This document shows positions 1 to 12,340 of a stretch of DNA of 64,000 bases, one piece after another. The stretch is from assembly GCF_963921235.1 (NCBI RefSeq), contig NC_086108.1:106952001-107016000 (forward strand), in the 5' to 3' direction. The notes under the pieces were generated by a model, which was given only the letters and a program-made list of their open reading frames with translations, was not told the origin of the DNA and made no database searches. Source of the DNA: Mobula hypostoma. Lineage: Eukaryota. A program made the translations under genes and the position numbers. Numbering within the stretch: the first letter of the stretch is position 1; each line of letters starts with the position of its first letter.

Positions 1-1080
1 CATATATGCAAGAATCTGATTTGTTGGATACTATTTTAAATATGAATCCTTTAGTGAGAGGTTCCATTGGTAGAATTTATAATTTATTTTTACTACAAAA
101 ATTTTTACTACAAACCTCTCACTAAAGATTAAACAAGATTGGGAGAGAGAACTTAATATGACCTTTGCTAGTGAAGATTGGTTGCGAGTTTTCAAAATAA
201 TTAATTCTTCTTCAATATGGGCCAATCGCTGTTTAATTCAATTTAAAATTGTTCACTGTTATTATTTAACAAAGGGAGACTATCCAAAATATTTCCTAAC
301 ATACACAACTATTGTGATAGGTGTAAAACTGAAGTAGCCACTTCGTCACATATGTTCTGGTCATGTTCTTCATTAAAATCTTTTTGGAAATCTTTATTTT
401 CTACAATTTCTAAAGCTCTGAAAATTAGTTTACAACCTAATGCACTAACTGTCTTATTTGGAATAGTTCCGCATCACATTCCGGGTATTTCATCTTCAGA
501 CCAACATGTAATTGCATTTGTCACATTGTTGGCAAGAAGGGCTATTTTATTAAAATGGAAAGATACCTCTGACCATACATTAATTCAATAGTTTTCTCAA
601 GTAATGTTATGTCTTAGCTTGGAAAAAATTAGAAGTAGAACTTTTGATCCTCGATTCGATTTTGAGAGAAAATGGGACTCTTTTGCCAAATATTATCATT
701 TAATTGAATTAATTTATATGGTTTCCTTCCAATTTTATTTTATATAAATGTGAATTGGCAGTTGATGATTTTTTTTCTTTATATATATAGATGATTGTAA
801 GACGTATTGCTCCGGGAGTTGATTCCTAATGGTTTTTTTCTCTCTCTTTTTCTCCTTTTTTTCTTTTTCTTTCTCTTGCAGTTACTGTTTTCTTTCCTTT
901 AGTAGTTGGGGTTCTCTTTTTCCTTCTCTTCTTTATAAAAACTTGTTTTTCATTATCATATTATTCTTTTTTGATAAGTTTTTTTCAGCTTTATTAATTG
1001 TATATATATCAATTTGCTATAATCTTGTACCATTTTAAAGCTGTAGAAGATTATGTATCAGTAAAAAGATTTTAAACATG
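1..1080 (+). mobile_element. L1-clade LINE, 3' end (degraded ORF2 C-terminal CCHC domain plus T-rich 3' UTR)
   Basis: Translation around 310-590 gives YCDRCKTEVATSSHMFWSCSSLKSFW...ARRAILLKWK, the CxxC...HxxxxC motif of fish L1 ORF2. It has frameshifts and stops, followed by a long T-rich UTR. Confidence 0.85.
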
Positions 1081-1117
1081 AAAACAATTTCCAGCATTTG
1101 CAGATTTTCTCTTGTTT

Positions 1118-1118
<1 letters not shown>

Positions 1119-1152
<34 letters not shown>
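1119..1152. repeat. (TAA)n microsatellite
   Basis: About 11 perfect TAA units. Confidence 0.98.
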
Positions 1153-1153
<1 letters not shown>

Positions 1154-1723
1154 TATAAGTAGTAATTAAGCCTGAGAACATGAGTTGTAGAGTCCTTGAA
1201 AGTGAGTTAATAGGTTATGGAAACAATGCTTGTGTGTGTTTGTTTCTGTTCACTTTCCCCAAGCGGTAAGGCAGATCAACCCCTCCACACCCCCAACCAC
1301 CACTACTTTATCATTTTCTGTCACTCTCACTCCTATGTCTAGTGTCACTTTATGGATGTACAATCAATCTATGTGTATAAGCTATCTCATGTATTAATAT
1401 ATTTTTGTATTTTTAAATTATTATTGTGTTCTTTATCTTATTGTATTTTTTGTGCTGTGTCGGTGCTTTGGATTGTCTAGAAGTTGTGAAAGATGTTTTA
1501 CAAAACAGTTACTTCCCCCGTGCAGTAAAACTGATCAACACCTCCACTTATTAAGCCACTCAATCATTCTCCCCACCACCACCACCATTTTATCATTTCC
1601 TTCAGAACTCCAGTATTTTTTTTTGTGCTGCATCAATCTATAGTAACAATTATTTTGTTCTCCTTTACACTTGTCTACTGGAACTGGCATTAAACGATCT
1701 TGAATTTTGTATCCTACTATCAT

Positions 1724-1925
1724 ACTACAGCCAAAGGCAATACTGACGTGGATAGTAATGTTGAATTTCATCGCTGAAAAGCGACTCCCGAGGTATGTGA
1801 AACATTCCACAAGTTTTAGCCTCTGACATGGACCATTGACGTTGGGGGTAATGTGCAGTAATGGCAGGATGGTGAAAAACCAGAGTAAGGCCTTTTCATT
1901 TGTAAGCTTCAGTGAACGAGTCAAG
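1724..1925 (-). mobile_element. Old RTE-like LINE reverse transcriptase fragment
   Basis: Minus-strand peptide LKLVECFTYLGSRFS...SIAFG resembles the RTE V..F.YLGS...A..AFG segment. Confidence 0.55.
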
Positions 1926-1938
1926 ACTCATTTGATTT

Positions 1939-2709
1939 TGTCACGATCCGGTCTATTGACTCCTCATTTTCTTTTAATTCCCTTTTTCCCATGTTCTACC
2001 GGGCTCCTTGATTAAGGCACCTGATTCTCATCTGAACCAGCAGCATACTCAGGCTTACATCTACTCAGGGCTAACCATTACCTGAGCCAGTGCAGCAATG
2101 CATGTTCCAGGCAGCCGAGAATGGTGGATTCTAAGTTGCTTCGGTGCCTGGGGTTGCTTCGGGAATTCTGTTTCTTTGTGTCCATTTGCCGCTACTCCGA
2201 GTCAAGATACGAATCGTCTGTCATTGTTTGGTTTTGTCATCTTCGTGTGCATCTAAGTGATTGCCGGCTGTTTGCTGCTTCATGTGCTACTCCATGTCAA
2301 GATACGAATTGTCTGTCATTTGGTTTTGTCGTCTCGTGTCCAGCTGAGTAGTGCCGGCCGTTTGCTGCTACTCCGAGTCAAGATACGAATTGTGTCTTTT
2401 ATATTCTAAGTTCCGTTCCTGTGCCAGTTACCTGTGTTAATTTCCCCCCATGTTCATAGGAGTAGGGCATTCTGCCCTCTGTTCTTTCCCCGCCACGCTC
2501 ATTCCCTGGTCCATATCCTTGCTCTGCCTAAAAATGCCAGAGTCTTGCTGTAGTGATCTGGGTTTGATTCCCAGTCCAGCTTCACTCACTCCCTGGCTCC
2601 CCTCAGCCTAATCCTCGCTCCCCGGCCTTCCTTGCAACTATTAATGAACACACTTCTGTTAATGTTACCTACTTGCACTTGGGTTCGCTTCCTAAGCCCC
2701 ACTGTAACA
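1939..2709 (+). mobile_element. Solo LTR, Gypsy-like, with internal ~80-100 bp tandem repeats
   Basis: Begins TGTCACG and ends TGTAACA. Flanks are GATTT and GATTG (5 bp, one mismatch). Three copies of gctactcc(ga/at)gtcaagatacgaat lie at about 2190-2395, and CTTGCACTTGGGTT lies near the 3' end. Confidence 0.7.
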
Positions 2710-2889
2710 GATTGTTCAACTTCCAAACTGATACAACTGCTGGTGTATTGCAACTCAAAGACTGAGACTGAAAAGGCCTTCGAATGCAGTTGGCATGCTG
2801 CTTGAGCATTTTCATGAAGCGCTTAATTTTTGTTTATAGAACCTTGTACAGGAGTTGGGACATTATGTTCAAGATTCAGGATTGTTTAA

Positions 2890-3148
2890 GCAACACACAT
2901 AAAGGTTGCTGGTGAACGCAGCAGGCCAGGCAGCATCTCTAGGAAGAGGTGCAGTCGATGCTTCAGGCCGAGACCCTTCATCAGGACTAACTGAAGGAAG
3001 AGCCTCTTCCTTCAGTTAGTCCTGACGAAGGGTCTCGGCCTGAAACGTCGACTGCACCTCTTCCTAGAGATGCTGCCTGGCCTGCTGCGTTCACCAGCAA
3101 CTTTGATGTGTGTTGCTTGAATTTCCAGCATCTGCAGAATTCCTGTTG
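2890..3148 (+). mobile_element. Palindromic non-autonomous Penelope-derived element (inverted pseudo-LTR pair plus ~30 nt tail)
   Basis: Arms 2888-3002 and 3004-3118 are reverse complements with about 5 mismatches. The 15-bp TSD TTCAGGATTGTTTAA is at 2875-2889 and 3149-3163. Confidence 0.88.
3018..3053 (+). ncRNA. Minimal type I hammerhead ribozyme motif
   Basis: AGTC-CTGACGA-AGGGTCTCGGCCT-GAAAC-GTC-GACT: helix I AGUC/GACU, CUGAnGA and GAAA cores, short helix II, GUC triplet (predicted cleavage after 3049). Confidence 0.8.
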
Positions 3149-3742
3149 TTCAGGATTGTTTAATGTCATTTCCAGTACACAAGTGTAAAGGAGAACAAAA
3201 TAATTGCCTACTTCAGATCCAATACAGCACAAAAACAAAACTAACTATGAAGAAGAATACAATAATAAAAGAACACAGTAAATATAAATCCATAAGATAG
3301 CTTATGTGCTTAGATTGATTGGATGTCTATAAAGTGAGACCACGCACAGGAGTGTTGCACTTGTATAAGTACTTGGGGTACTATGCAGAGTTTAGAGTGC
3401 CCTCTTAGAACATTGAACATAGAACATTGAATATTACAGCACAAGAACAGGCCCTTCAGCCAGAATGTAATGCCAAAGCAAATAAATTTATAATCCAATG
3501 GCCTATTAAACTCCTTTCTGCCATATTCTTCCATTTCCCTCGCATCCGTGTGCCTGTCTAAACAACAGTCCCTAATGTATCTGCCTTTACCATCCCCACA
3601 ACCCCAGCAATGTATACCAGGTACCCACCACTCTCTGTGTAAAACCCTTGCCCCTCCTTTGAAATTACCCCTCTCACCTTCAATGCGTGCCCTCTGGTAT
3701 TAGACATTTCAACCCTGGGTAAAAAATACTTCCTGCCTGCTC

Positions 3743-4510
3743 AGAATTAGAATCAGATTTATCAACACCGGCATGTGTCGTGAAATTTGTTAACTTAGCA
3801 GCAACAGTTCAATGCAATATATGATGAGATAGAAAGAAAAATAATAAATAACCAAGTAAATCAATTACAGCAAGTATATATATATGTATATTGAATAAAT
3901 TGAAACAGAAATAATGTATTTTTTTTAAAAAGTGAGGTATGGGTTCAATGTCCATTTAAGAATTGGATGGCAGAGGGGAAGAAGCTGTTTCTGAATCGCA
4001 GACTGTGTGCCTTCAGGCTTCTGTACCTCCTTCCTGATGGTAACAATAAGAACACATGCCCTGGGTGATGGAGATCCTTAATAACAGACATTGCCTTTCT
4101 GAAACACCATCCTTGAAGACGTCTTGGGTACTATGGAGCCAGTACCCAAGATAGATCTGAGTAATTTTACATCTTTCTGTAGCTTCTGTTGATTCTTTGC
4201 AGTTGTCCCCCCATACCAGACAGTGCTGTACCTGTCAGAATGCTCTCCAGGGTATGTCTATGGAAGTTTTCAAGTCTTTTTAGATGACAAACCAAATCTC
4301 TTCAAATCCCTGATGAAATATAGCCGCTGTCTTCTCTTCTTTATAGCTTCATTGATACTTTGGGACCAGATTAGATCCTCAGAGATCTTGACACTCAAGA
4401 AATTGAAATTACTCACTCTCATTTCCTGATACCCCTATGAGGATTAGTCATAGTCTCTCATCTTGACCTTCCTGAAGTCCACAATCAGCTCTTTCATCTT
4501 ACTGACATGG
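3743..4510 (-). mobile_element. Rex1/Babar-like LINE 3' fragment
   Basis: The minus strand encodes degraded KKRRQRLYFIRDLKRFGLSSK... and ...HPGH...LLPSGRRYRSLK motifs, shared with 60562-61104. Confidence 0.75.
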
Positions 4511-4529
4511 AGAGAATTCAAATTGATTT

Positions 4530-5317
4530 TTTAGACAAGATTTTCCCTTGAGGAAATCATGCTGACCATGCCGTATTTTACAATGTGCTTCCAAGAAACC
4601 CTGAGACCTCATCCTCAATAATCGACTCCAACATCTTCTCAACTATTGAGGTCGGACTAACTGGCCAATAGCTTCCCTACTTCTGCCTCTCTACCTTCTT
4701 GAAGAATGCAGTGACATTTGCAATTTTCCAGACTTCTGGAACAATTCCAGAATCTTGTGATTCTTGAAAGATCATTAATAATGCCTCCACAATTTCAGCA
4801 GGCACCTCTTTCAGAACCCTGGGGAATATACCACCTGTTCTAGGTAATTTAATTACCTTCAGACCTTTTAGTTTCCCAAGAACCTTCCTTCTAGTTATAG
4901 TAACTTCACACACTTCATGGCCTCTGACACTTGTGAAACCCCTTGTTTGCTTGGCTGCACGAGTCTAGGGAAGATACTCTCCGGTCCCAACGAACTCGTG
5001 AGATTGAGACAGTTTTCCTACCCCTAACTCCAGTTTGTGTGGATAATGTGTAATTCGCTACTTCTGTTGATTTTTAAAAGCTTCCCAATCCTCTAATATT
5101 CCACTATTTTTTGCTGTATTATATGTCCAATCTTCGGCTTTTATGTAGGCTTTGATTTCTCTTGTTAACAAAGATTGTGTCACCTTTCCTTTAGAATATT
5201 TCTTCCTCTTTTGGCTGTATATGTTCTGTGTCTTCTGAATTGCTTCCAGAAATTCCAACCATTGCTGCTCTGCCAGTGTTCTTTTCCAATCAATTCTGGC
5301 CAACTCCTCTCTCATGC
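4530..5317 (-). mobile_element. Old CR1 LINE fragment (continues at ~9453-9780, split by a younger CR1)
   Basis: Minus ORFs 4677-4913 and 5058-5336 are CR1 ORF2 peptides (FPRVLKEV..EIVEAL..IFQES; MREELARIDW). Confidence 0.85.
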
Positions 5318-5545
5318 AATGGCCCTGATTAGACAATCAAGGTTTGAATAGCTCAGACTCAGCAGAAAGCAGCTGATTGGGCAATCAAGGTCAGATGACC
5401 AAGCAGTTTGAAACGCTCAAACAAATAAATAGAGGGTTAGCTCAAGCAGAGCGGCCAGTGGAAGGAGTGGAGCTTTGAAGCTTTGGCTCGAGAGGCTTCG
5501 ATGAGAAGAGGCGGAGGACAAGCTTGCTCCCATTTAGTCTTTACA

Positions 5546-6470
5546 ATGCCTCCTGAGACAGTGATGTGCCTCTCATGTGAAATGTGACAGTCTTGGGGGA
5601 ACTCCTCTCTCCCGCAGAGTCACATCTACCAGAAGTACATGGGCTGGGTGATCTGGAAGACCGTGTAAGGAATCTGGAACAGCAACTGGATGACCTTTGA
5701 CTCATAAGGGAGAATGAGGCAGTCATAGATGAGAGCTACAGGGAGGTAGTCACACCTAGGTTGCTGGAAGTAGGTCGTTGGGTGACAGTCAGAGGGGGGA
5801 AAGCGAAGGTGAACAGACAGGTAGTGCAGAGCACCCCTGTAGCCATTCCCCTGAATAATAAGTTTACCATCCTGGATACTGTTGGCGGGGATGACTGACC
5901 AGGTGCAAGCCACGGTGGCAGGGCCTCCAGCACTGAGTCTGACCCAGTGGGGCAGAAGGGTCTGACGGAGAAGAGGAGAGCTGTCGTCATTGGAGACTCT
6001 ATAGTCAGGGGAGCAGACAGGAGATTTTGTGGACGTGAGAAGGACACCCGCATGGTTTGTTGCCTGCCAGGTGCCAGGGTCCAGGATGTCTCTGACTGGG
6101 TGCACGACATCCTGGTACGAGAGGGAAAGCAACCAGAAGTCGTGATACATGTTGGTACCAACGACATAGGCAGGAAGAGGGATGAGGTCCTGAAGTGTGA
6201 GTTTCAGGAACTAGGCAGAAAGCTCAACGGTGGCATTCTCAGGATTGCTGCCAGTGCTACGTGATAGTGATGGTAAGAATTGGAGGAGATGGCAGTTGAA
6301 TGCGTGGCTGAGGAGTTGGTTCAGGGCGCAGGGTTTTAGATTTTTGGATCATGGGATCTCTGCTGGGGAAGGTGGGACCTGTACAGATCGGATGGGTTGT
6401 ACCTGAACTCGAGGGGAGCAATATCCTTACAGGTAGGTTTGCTATCATAGTTCAGGAGGGTTTAAACTAA
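5546..6470 (+). pseudogene. CR1 ORF1 remnant (Cys motif plus SGNH/GDSL esterase-like domain)
   Basis: MCLSCEM at the N-terminus, then AVVIGDSIVRG...CCLPGARVQDV...VVIHVGTNDIG esterase blocks. Disrupted. Confidence 0.88.
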
Positions 6471-6589
6471 TTTGCAAGGGGGATGAGACCCAGAGTAATA
6501 GAGCAGTGAAAGAAGTGCATGGAGTAAAGCTAGATCTAACATATGAAGAGGCTTTGAGGAAAGAGAAGCAGAAAAAAGGGTGTAAGGTA

Positions 6590-9383
6590 GAAGGGCTAAC
6601 ATACGTGTACTTCAAGGCAAGAAGCATCAGGAACAGAGGTGGTGAACTGAGAGCTTGGATACGTACATGGAATTATGATGTAGTGACCATTACAGAGACT
6701 TGGCTGGCACCAGGGCAGGAATGGATTCTCAATATTCCTGGATTTCAGTGCTTTAAAAAGGATAGAGAGGGGGGAAAAGAGGAGGAGGAGTGACATTACT
6801 GGTCAGGGATACTATTACAGCTACAGAAAGGGTGGGTGACGTAGCAGGATTCTCTTTTGAGTCAGTATGGGTGGAAGTCAGGAACAGTAAGGAAGCAGTT
6901 ACTCTATTGGGAGTATTCTATAGGCCCCCTGGTAGCAGCAGAGATACCGAGGAGCAGATTGGGAGGCAGATTTTGGAAAGGTGCTAAAATAACAGGGTTG
7001 TAATCATGGGTAACTTTAACTTCCCTAATATTGATTGGCACCTGATTAGTTCCAAGGGTTTAGATGGGGCAGAGTTTGTTAAGTGTGTCCAGGACGGATT
7101 CCTGTCACAGTATGTTGGCAGGACGTCTAGGGGGAATGCCATACTAGATCTAGTGTTAGGTAATGAACCAGGTCAGTTCACAGATCTCTCAGTGGATGAG
7201 CATCTGGGGGACAGTGACCACCGCTCCCTGGCCTTTAGCATTATCATGGAAAAGGATAGAATCAGAGAGGACAGGAAAATTTTTAATTGTGAAGGGCAAA
7301 TTATGAGGTTATAAGGCTAGAACTTGCAGGTGTGAAGTGGGATGATGTTTTTGCAGGGAAATGTACTATGGACATGTGGTCGATGTTGGGGATCTCTTGC
7401 AGGATGTTAGGAATAAATTTGTCCCAGTGAGGAAGATAAAGAATGGTAGGGTGAAGGAACCATGGGTGACAAGTGAGGTGGAAAATCTAGTCAGGTGGAA
7501 GAAGGCAGCATACATGAGGTTTAGGAAGCAAGGATCAGATGGGCCTATTGAGGAATATAAGGAAGCAAGAAAGGAGCTTAAGAAGGGGCTGAGAAGAGCA
7601 AGAAGGGGGCATGAGAAGGCATTGGTGAGTAGGGTAAAGGAAAACCCCAAGGCATTCTTCAATTATGTGAAGAACAAAAGGATGACAGGAGTGAAGGTAG
7701 GATCAATTAGAGATAAAGGTGGGAAGATGTGCCTGGAGGCTGTGGAAGTGAGCGAGGTCCTCAATGAATACTTCTCTTCGGTATTCACCAATGAGAGGGA
7801 ACTTGATGACAGTGAGGACAATGTGAGTGAGGTTGATGTTCTGGAGCATGTTGATATTAAGGGGGAGGAGGTGTTGGAGTTGTTAAAATACATTAGGATC
7901 GATAAGTCCCCGGGGCCTGACGGAATATTCCCCAGGCTGCTCCACGATGTGAAAGAAGAGATTGCTGAGCCTCTGGCTGGGATTTTTATGTCCTCATTGT
8001 CCACGGGAATGGTACTGGAGGATTGAAGGGAGGCGAATGTTGTCCCCTTGTTCAAAAAAGGTAGTAGGGATAGTCCGGGTAATTATAGACCAGTGAGCCT
8101 TTTGTCTGTGGTGGGAAAGCTGTTGGAAAAGATTCTTAGAGATAGGATCTATGGACATTTAGAGAATCATGGTCTGATCAGGGACAGTCATCATGGCTTT
8201 GTGAAGGGCAAATCGTGTCTAACACGCCTGATAGAGTTCTTTGAGGGGGTGACCAGGCATATAGATGAGGGTAGTGCAGTGGATGTGATCTATATGGATT
8301 TTAGTAAGGCATTTGACAAGGTTCCACATGGTAGGCTTATTCAGAAAGTCAGAAGGCATGGGATCCAGGGAAGTTTGGCCAGGTGGATTCAGAATTGGCT
8401 TGCCTGCAGAAAGCAGAGGGTCGTGGTGGAGGGAGTACATTCGGTACATTCGGATTGGAGGATTGTGACTAGTGTCGTCCCACAAGGATCTATTCTGGGA
8501 CCTCTACTTTTTGTGATTTTTATTAGCGACCTGCATGTGGGATTAGAAGGGTGGGTTGGCAGGTTTGCAGACTATACAAATGTTGGTGGTGTTGTAGATA
8601 GTGTAGAGGATTGTCGACGATTGCAGAGAGACACTGATAGGATGCAGAAGTGGGCTGAGAAGTGGCAGATGGAGTTCAACCTAGAGAAGTGTGAGGTGGT
8701 ACACTTTGGAAGGACAAACTCCAAGGCAGAGTACAAAGTAAATGGCAGGATACTTGGTAGTGTGAAGGAGCAGAGGAATCTGGGGGTACATGTCCACAGA
8801 TCCCTGAAAGTTGTCTCACAGGATAGTTAAGAAAGCTTATGGGGTGTTAGCTTTCATAAGTTGAGAGATAGAGTCTAAGAGTCACGATGTAATGATGCAG
8901 CTCTATAAAACTCTGGTTAGGCCACACTTGGAGCACTGTGTCCAGTTCTGGTCGCCTCACTATAGGAAGGATGTGGAAGCATTGGAAATGGTACAGAGAA
9001 GATTTACCAGAATGCTGCCTGGTTTAGAGAGTATGGATTATGATCAGAGATTAAGGGAGCTCGGGCTTTACTCTTTGGAGAGGAGGATGAGAGAAGACAG
9101 GATAAAGGTGTACAAGATATTAAGAGGAATAGATAGATTAGATAGCCAGCGCCTCTTCCCCAGGCCACCACAGCTCAATACAAGAGGACATGGCTTTAAG
9201 GTAAGGGGTGGGAAGTTCAAGGGGGATATTAGAGGAAGGTTTTTTACTCAGAGAGTGGTTGGTGCGTGGAATACACTGCCTGAGTCAGTGGTGGAGGCAG
9301 ATACACTAGAGAAATTTGAGAGACTACTAGACAGGTATATGGAGGAATTTAAGGTGGGGGGTTATATGGGAGGCAGGGTTTGA
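6590..9383 (+). pseudogene. CR1 ORF2 remnant (APE endonuclease plus reverse transcriptase)
   Basis: Motifs ITETWL, GVFYRPP, MGNFNFP, LGDSDH, KSPGPDG, NYRPVSL, DFSKAFDKV, PQGSILGP and FADY occur across broken ORFs. Confidence 0.93.
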
Positions 9384-9780
9384 GGGTCGGCACAACATTG
9401 TGGGCTGAAGGGCCTGTACTGTGCTGTACTATTCTATGTTCTATGTTCTATGACTTTGTTATTCCCTTTACTCACTGTAATACGGATACATCTGACTTTA
9501 GCTTCTCCTTCTCAAATTTCAGGGTGAATTCGATCATATTATAAGACCATAAGACGATAAGATCTAGGAGCAGAAGTAGTCAGGAGTCTTTTACCTTAAT
9601 CTCTCTGATCTATTCTGTTTCATTGCATAACACCCAATCTAGAATAGCTGAGCCCTAATGGGCTCAACCACAAATTGCTCTAAAAAGCCATCTTGTAGGC
9701 ATTCTAGAAACTCTCCCTTGTAATCCAGTGCCATCCTGATTTTCCCAATCTACCTGCATTTTGAAATCCCTCATGTCAAT

Positions 9781-10255
9781 CCATGGCCTCCTCACCTGCC
9801 GTAATAAAGCCACATTTAAGTTTTAGGAGCAACACCTTATATTCCGTCTGACTGGTATTCAAGCTCATAGCATAAATATCAATTTCTCAAAATTCTGGTA
9901 ATTGCCCCTCTTCTCCTTCAGCATTTCTCATTCCCATTTCCCTCTCTAATTTGATCTCCTTACCTGACTTCTTCTCCTTCCCTTTCTTCCATGGCCTTCT
10001 GCCTTCTCCTATCAGATTCCCCCTTCTGCAGCTTTTATTTCCTTCACCAATCAACTTCCCAACTCTTCACTGCTCCCCCATCCCAGCTTCATCCATCACC
10101 TACTACAATGTCCTACCTCCTCTCCTCCCTCCACCTTCTTTTACCTAACTTCTAATCTCTTTTTTCCAGTCCTGATGAAGGGTCTTGGCCCGACATATTG
10201 ACTGATTAGTCTTTTCCATAGATGCTGTCTGGCCTACATTTTGTATGTATTACTC
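9781..10255 (+). mobile_element. Penelope-like (Neptune-type) 3' fragment with degenerate hammerhead
   Basis: Encodes a degraded HGLL.C...EQHLIFRL...INFS C-terminus, then a pyrimidine-rich UTR and agtcctgatgaagggtcttggcccgacat at about 10168-10197. Confidence 0.8.
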
Positions 10256-11789
10256 AGGTTTATCATTTGTTGCTTTGTATACTGTAGTGTCTAATCAATC
10301 AAATCAAAGTACATGTATTGTCAAAGTATTTATGCCATATATAACCCTGAGATTCGTCTTCCCCAGATAGTCACAAAGTAAAGAAAAGCATTGAATCTGT
10401 TCAAAGAAAGAAACATCAAATCCCAACACATAAAAAGAAACAAATTATGCAATCAGCAAAAATTAAATGAGCAAAAACCACAGTCTAGCTGTATTCAGTT
10501 CAGTTCAAACTACTGCTATTTTGTTCATTATCTGCAGGTATCACTCACACATTTACGTCATCAAATTTGTTTTGTTTTGCAGCAGGAGTGCAGTTCAATA
10601 GATATTACTACAGTATTGTGCAGAAGTCTTAGGCTCCCTAGCTGTATATGCGTGCCTAAAACTTTTGCACAGTATTGTATGTGTTCGTTGTGCTGTTGCA
10701 AGTAGGTTTTTCATTCAGAATCAGAATCCGGTTCAATATCACTGGCCTATGTGTGAAATTTGTCATTTTGTGGCAGCAGTACAATGCAATGAATAGTAAC
10801 AAGAAAAAACTGTAGATTACAATAAGAAATATATACTGAAAATTAAATAAGTAGTGCTACAAGAGAACAAAATAAAATACTAAGGTAGTGCACATGAGTT
10901 CATTGTCCGTTCAGAAATCTGATGGCAGAAGGGAAGAAGCTAACCCTGAAACATTGAGTGTGTGTCATCAGGATCCTGTACCTCCCCCTTGTTGGCAGTG
11001 GTGGGCTGAGAGAGAATCAGGCCAAACATGGGAAACTATAGTCAGCAATGGTATGCTGGGCAGGAGGGCCGGTATCCATTCTGTCTTGCCCTGTATCTCT
11101 ATGTATAAATACATGTGTTGGAATGTGCATGTCTTCCGGTGTCCCCGTGAGGGCAAAAAAAAACAACTTCCAGACTAAGGAGCTGATCAGGAAGCGGTTG
11201 AGTTGTTTGAGAGGAGAAGATTGTAAATCACATGCAGAAGAAGATTAATGATGTTTGCGGAGCTAACTCTCCGGATACCACCAAGGTGTTTGTTGCAAAG
11301 GTATAAGAATTACTACAGTGGAAGGTGTTTATCATTAAAGTTGATGATGTGCCTACATTCCAGGACATAGAGTAGTGTTAGCAACAGGGAAGTGATTTGT
11401 ATTCTACACCCTGACAAAAATACTTCCATCTTCTGTCCCTGGTGACAACTGTGATTTGCTGGAAGTTCTCTTTGGGGTATTTGAAGCAGAAGGTTTGGAT
11501 TTATTGCTGTGTTGTTTTCGCATCTTTATTTCCATCCTGAAAACCCTCTGTAGATAAATTGGCAAGACATTCATAAACATCACGCTGTACTTCAAAGCAC
11601 CAACTATCTTGGTTATTTCAAAAACTTCCACAGTACAGTATGTGTGCATTAACTGGAGAAGGGAGCTGCATTATGAACTATAAAACATTATACATTACAG
11701 CACATAGAACGTAGAATACAGTCCAGTATAGGCCCTGTGGGGCACTATGTTGTGCCATCTCTTTAATCTGCACTAAGATCAATCTAACC

Positions 11790-12340
11790 ATATGACCATA
11801 AAACATCAGAGCAGAATTGAGCCATTTGGCCCATCAAGTATGCTCCGCTGTTCCATCGTGGCTGATTTATTGTCACTTTCAACCCAATTCTCCTGTCTTC
11901 TCCCAATAACCTTTGGCATCCTTACTAATCAAGAATCTATCAGACTTTGCTTTAAATACACCCAATGACATGGCCTCCACAGCAGCCCCTGACAATGAAT
12001 TCCACAGATTCACCACCCTCTGGATAAAGAAATTTCTCATCACCTCTGTTCTAGAGGGATGTCCTTAAATTCTGAGGCTGTACCTTCTAGTCCTAGACTA
12101 CCCATTTTCAGAAATATCCTCTCCATCTCCAGTTTGTCCAGGCTTTTCAATATTTGATTCAATGAGATCTGCCCTCATTCTTCTAAACTCCAGTGAGTAC
12201 AGGCCCGGGGGCAACAAACGTTCTTCAAACATTAACACTTTCATTCCCGGGATCATACTCATGGAAAAACCTCTGGATCCTCTACAATGCTAGCACATCC
12301 TTTCTTAGTCAAGAGATCCAAAGCTGCTCACAATACTTGT
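11790..12340 (-). mobile_element. CR1 3' fragment
   Basis: Reverse complement of the CR1 3' end (gaattccacagattcaccaccctc; gccatttggcccatc). Confidence 0.85.

Larger units (their letters stand above)
5318..9452 (+). mobile_element. Near full-length CR1-clade (HER1-like) LINE
   Basis: 5' UTR, ORF1, endonuclease, RT and a 3' tail ending (TTCTATG)n are in colinear order. Multiple stops and frameshifts show it is inactive. Confidence 0.95.

Noticed and set aside
2187..2397. Spaced direct repeats superficially like a CRISPR array
   Set aside because: The spacers are themselves homologous, so this is a tandem repeat in an LTR. The context is eukaryotic, with no cas genes.
5626..6167. Long minus-strand ORFs (174 and 143 aa), and similar ORFs at 7366-8055 and 50066-50770
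   Set aside because: These are antisense shadows of CR1 coding sequence.
8435..8452. In-frame 9-bp duplication in CR1 RT (VHSVHS)
   Set aside because: Ordinary slippage mutation in an already dead copy.
10168..10205. Other hammerhead-like copies (also ~15860, 17170, 25100, 26171, 26677, 32765, 34490)
   Set aside because: They have substitutions in CUGAnGA, GAAA or the GUC/helix I pairing, so I counted them as decayed copies rather than ribozymes.
11404..11649. 81-aa minus-strand ORF in unique DNA
   Set aside because: No recognisable domain or convincing splice context. The length is compatible with chance.
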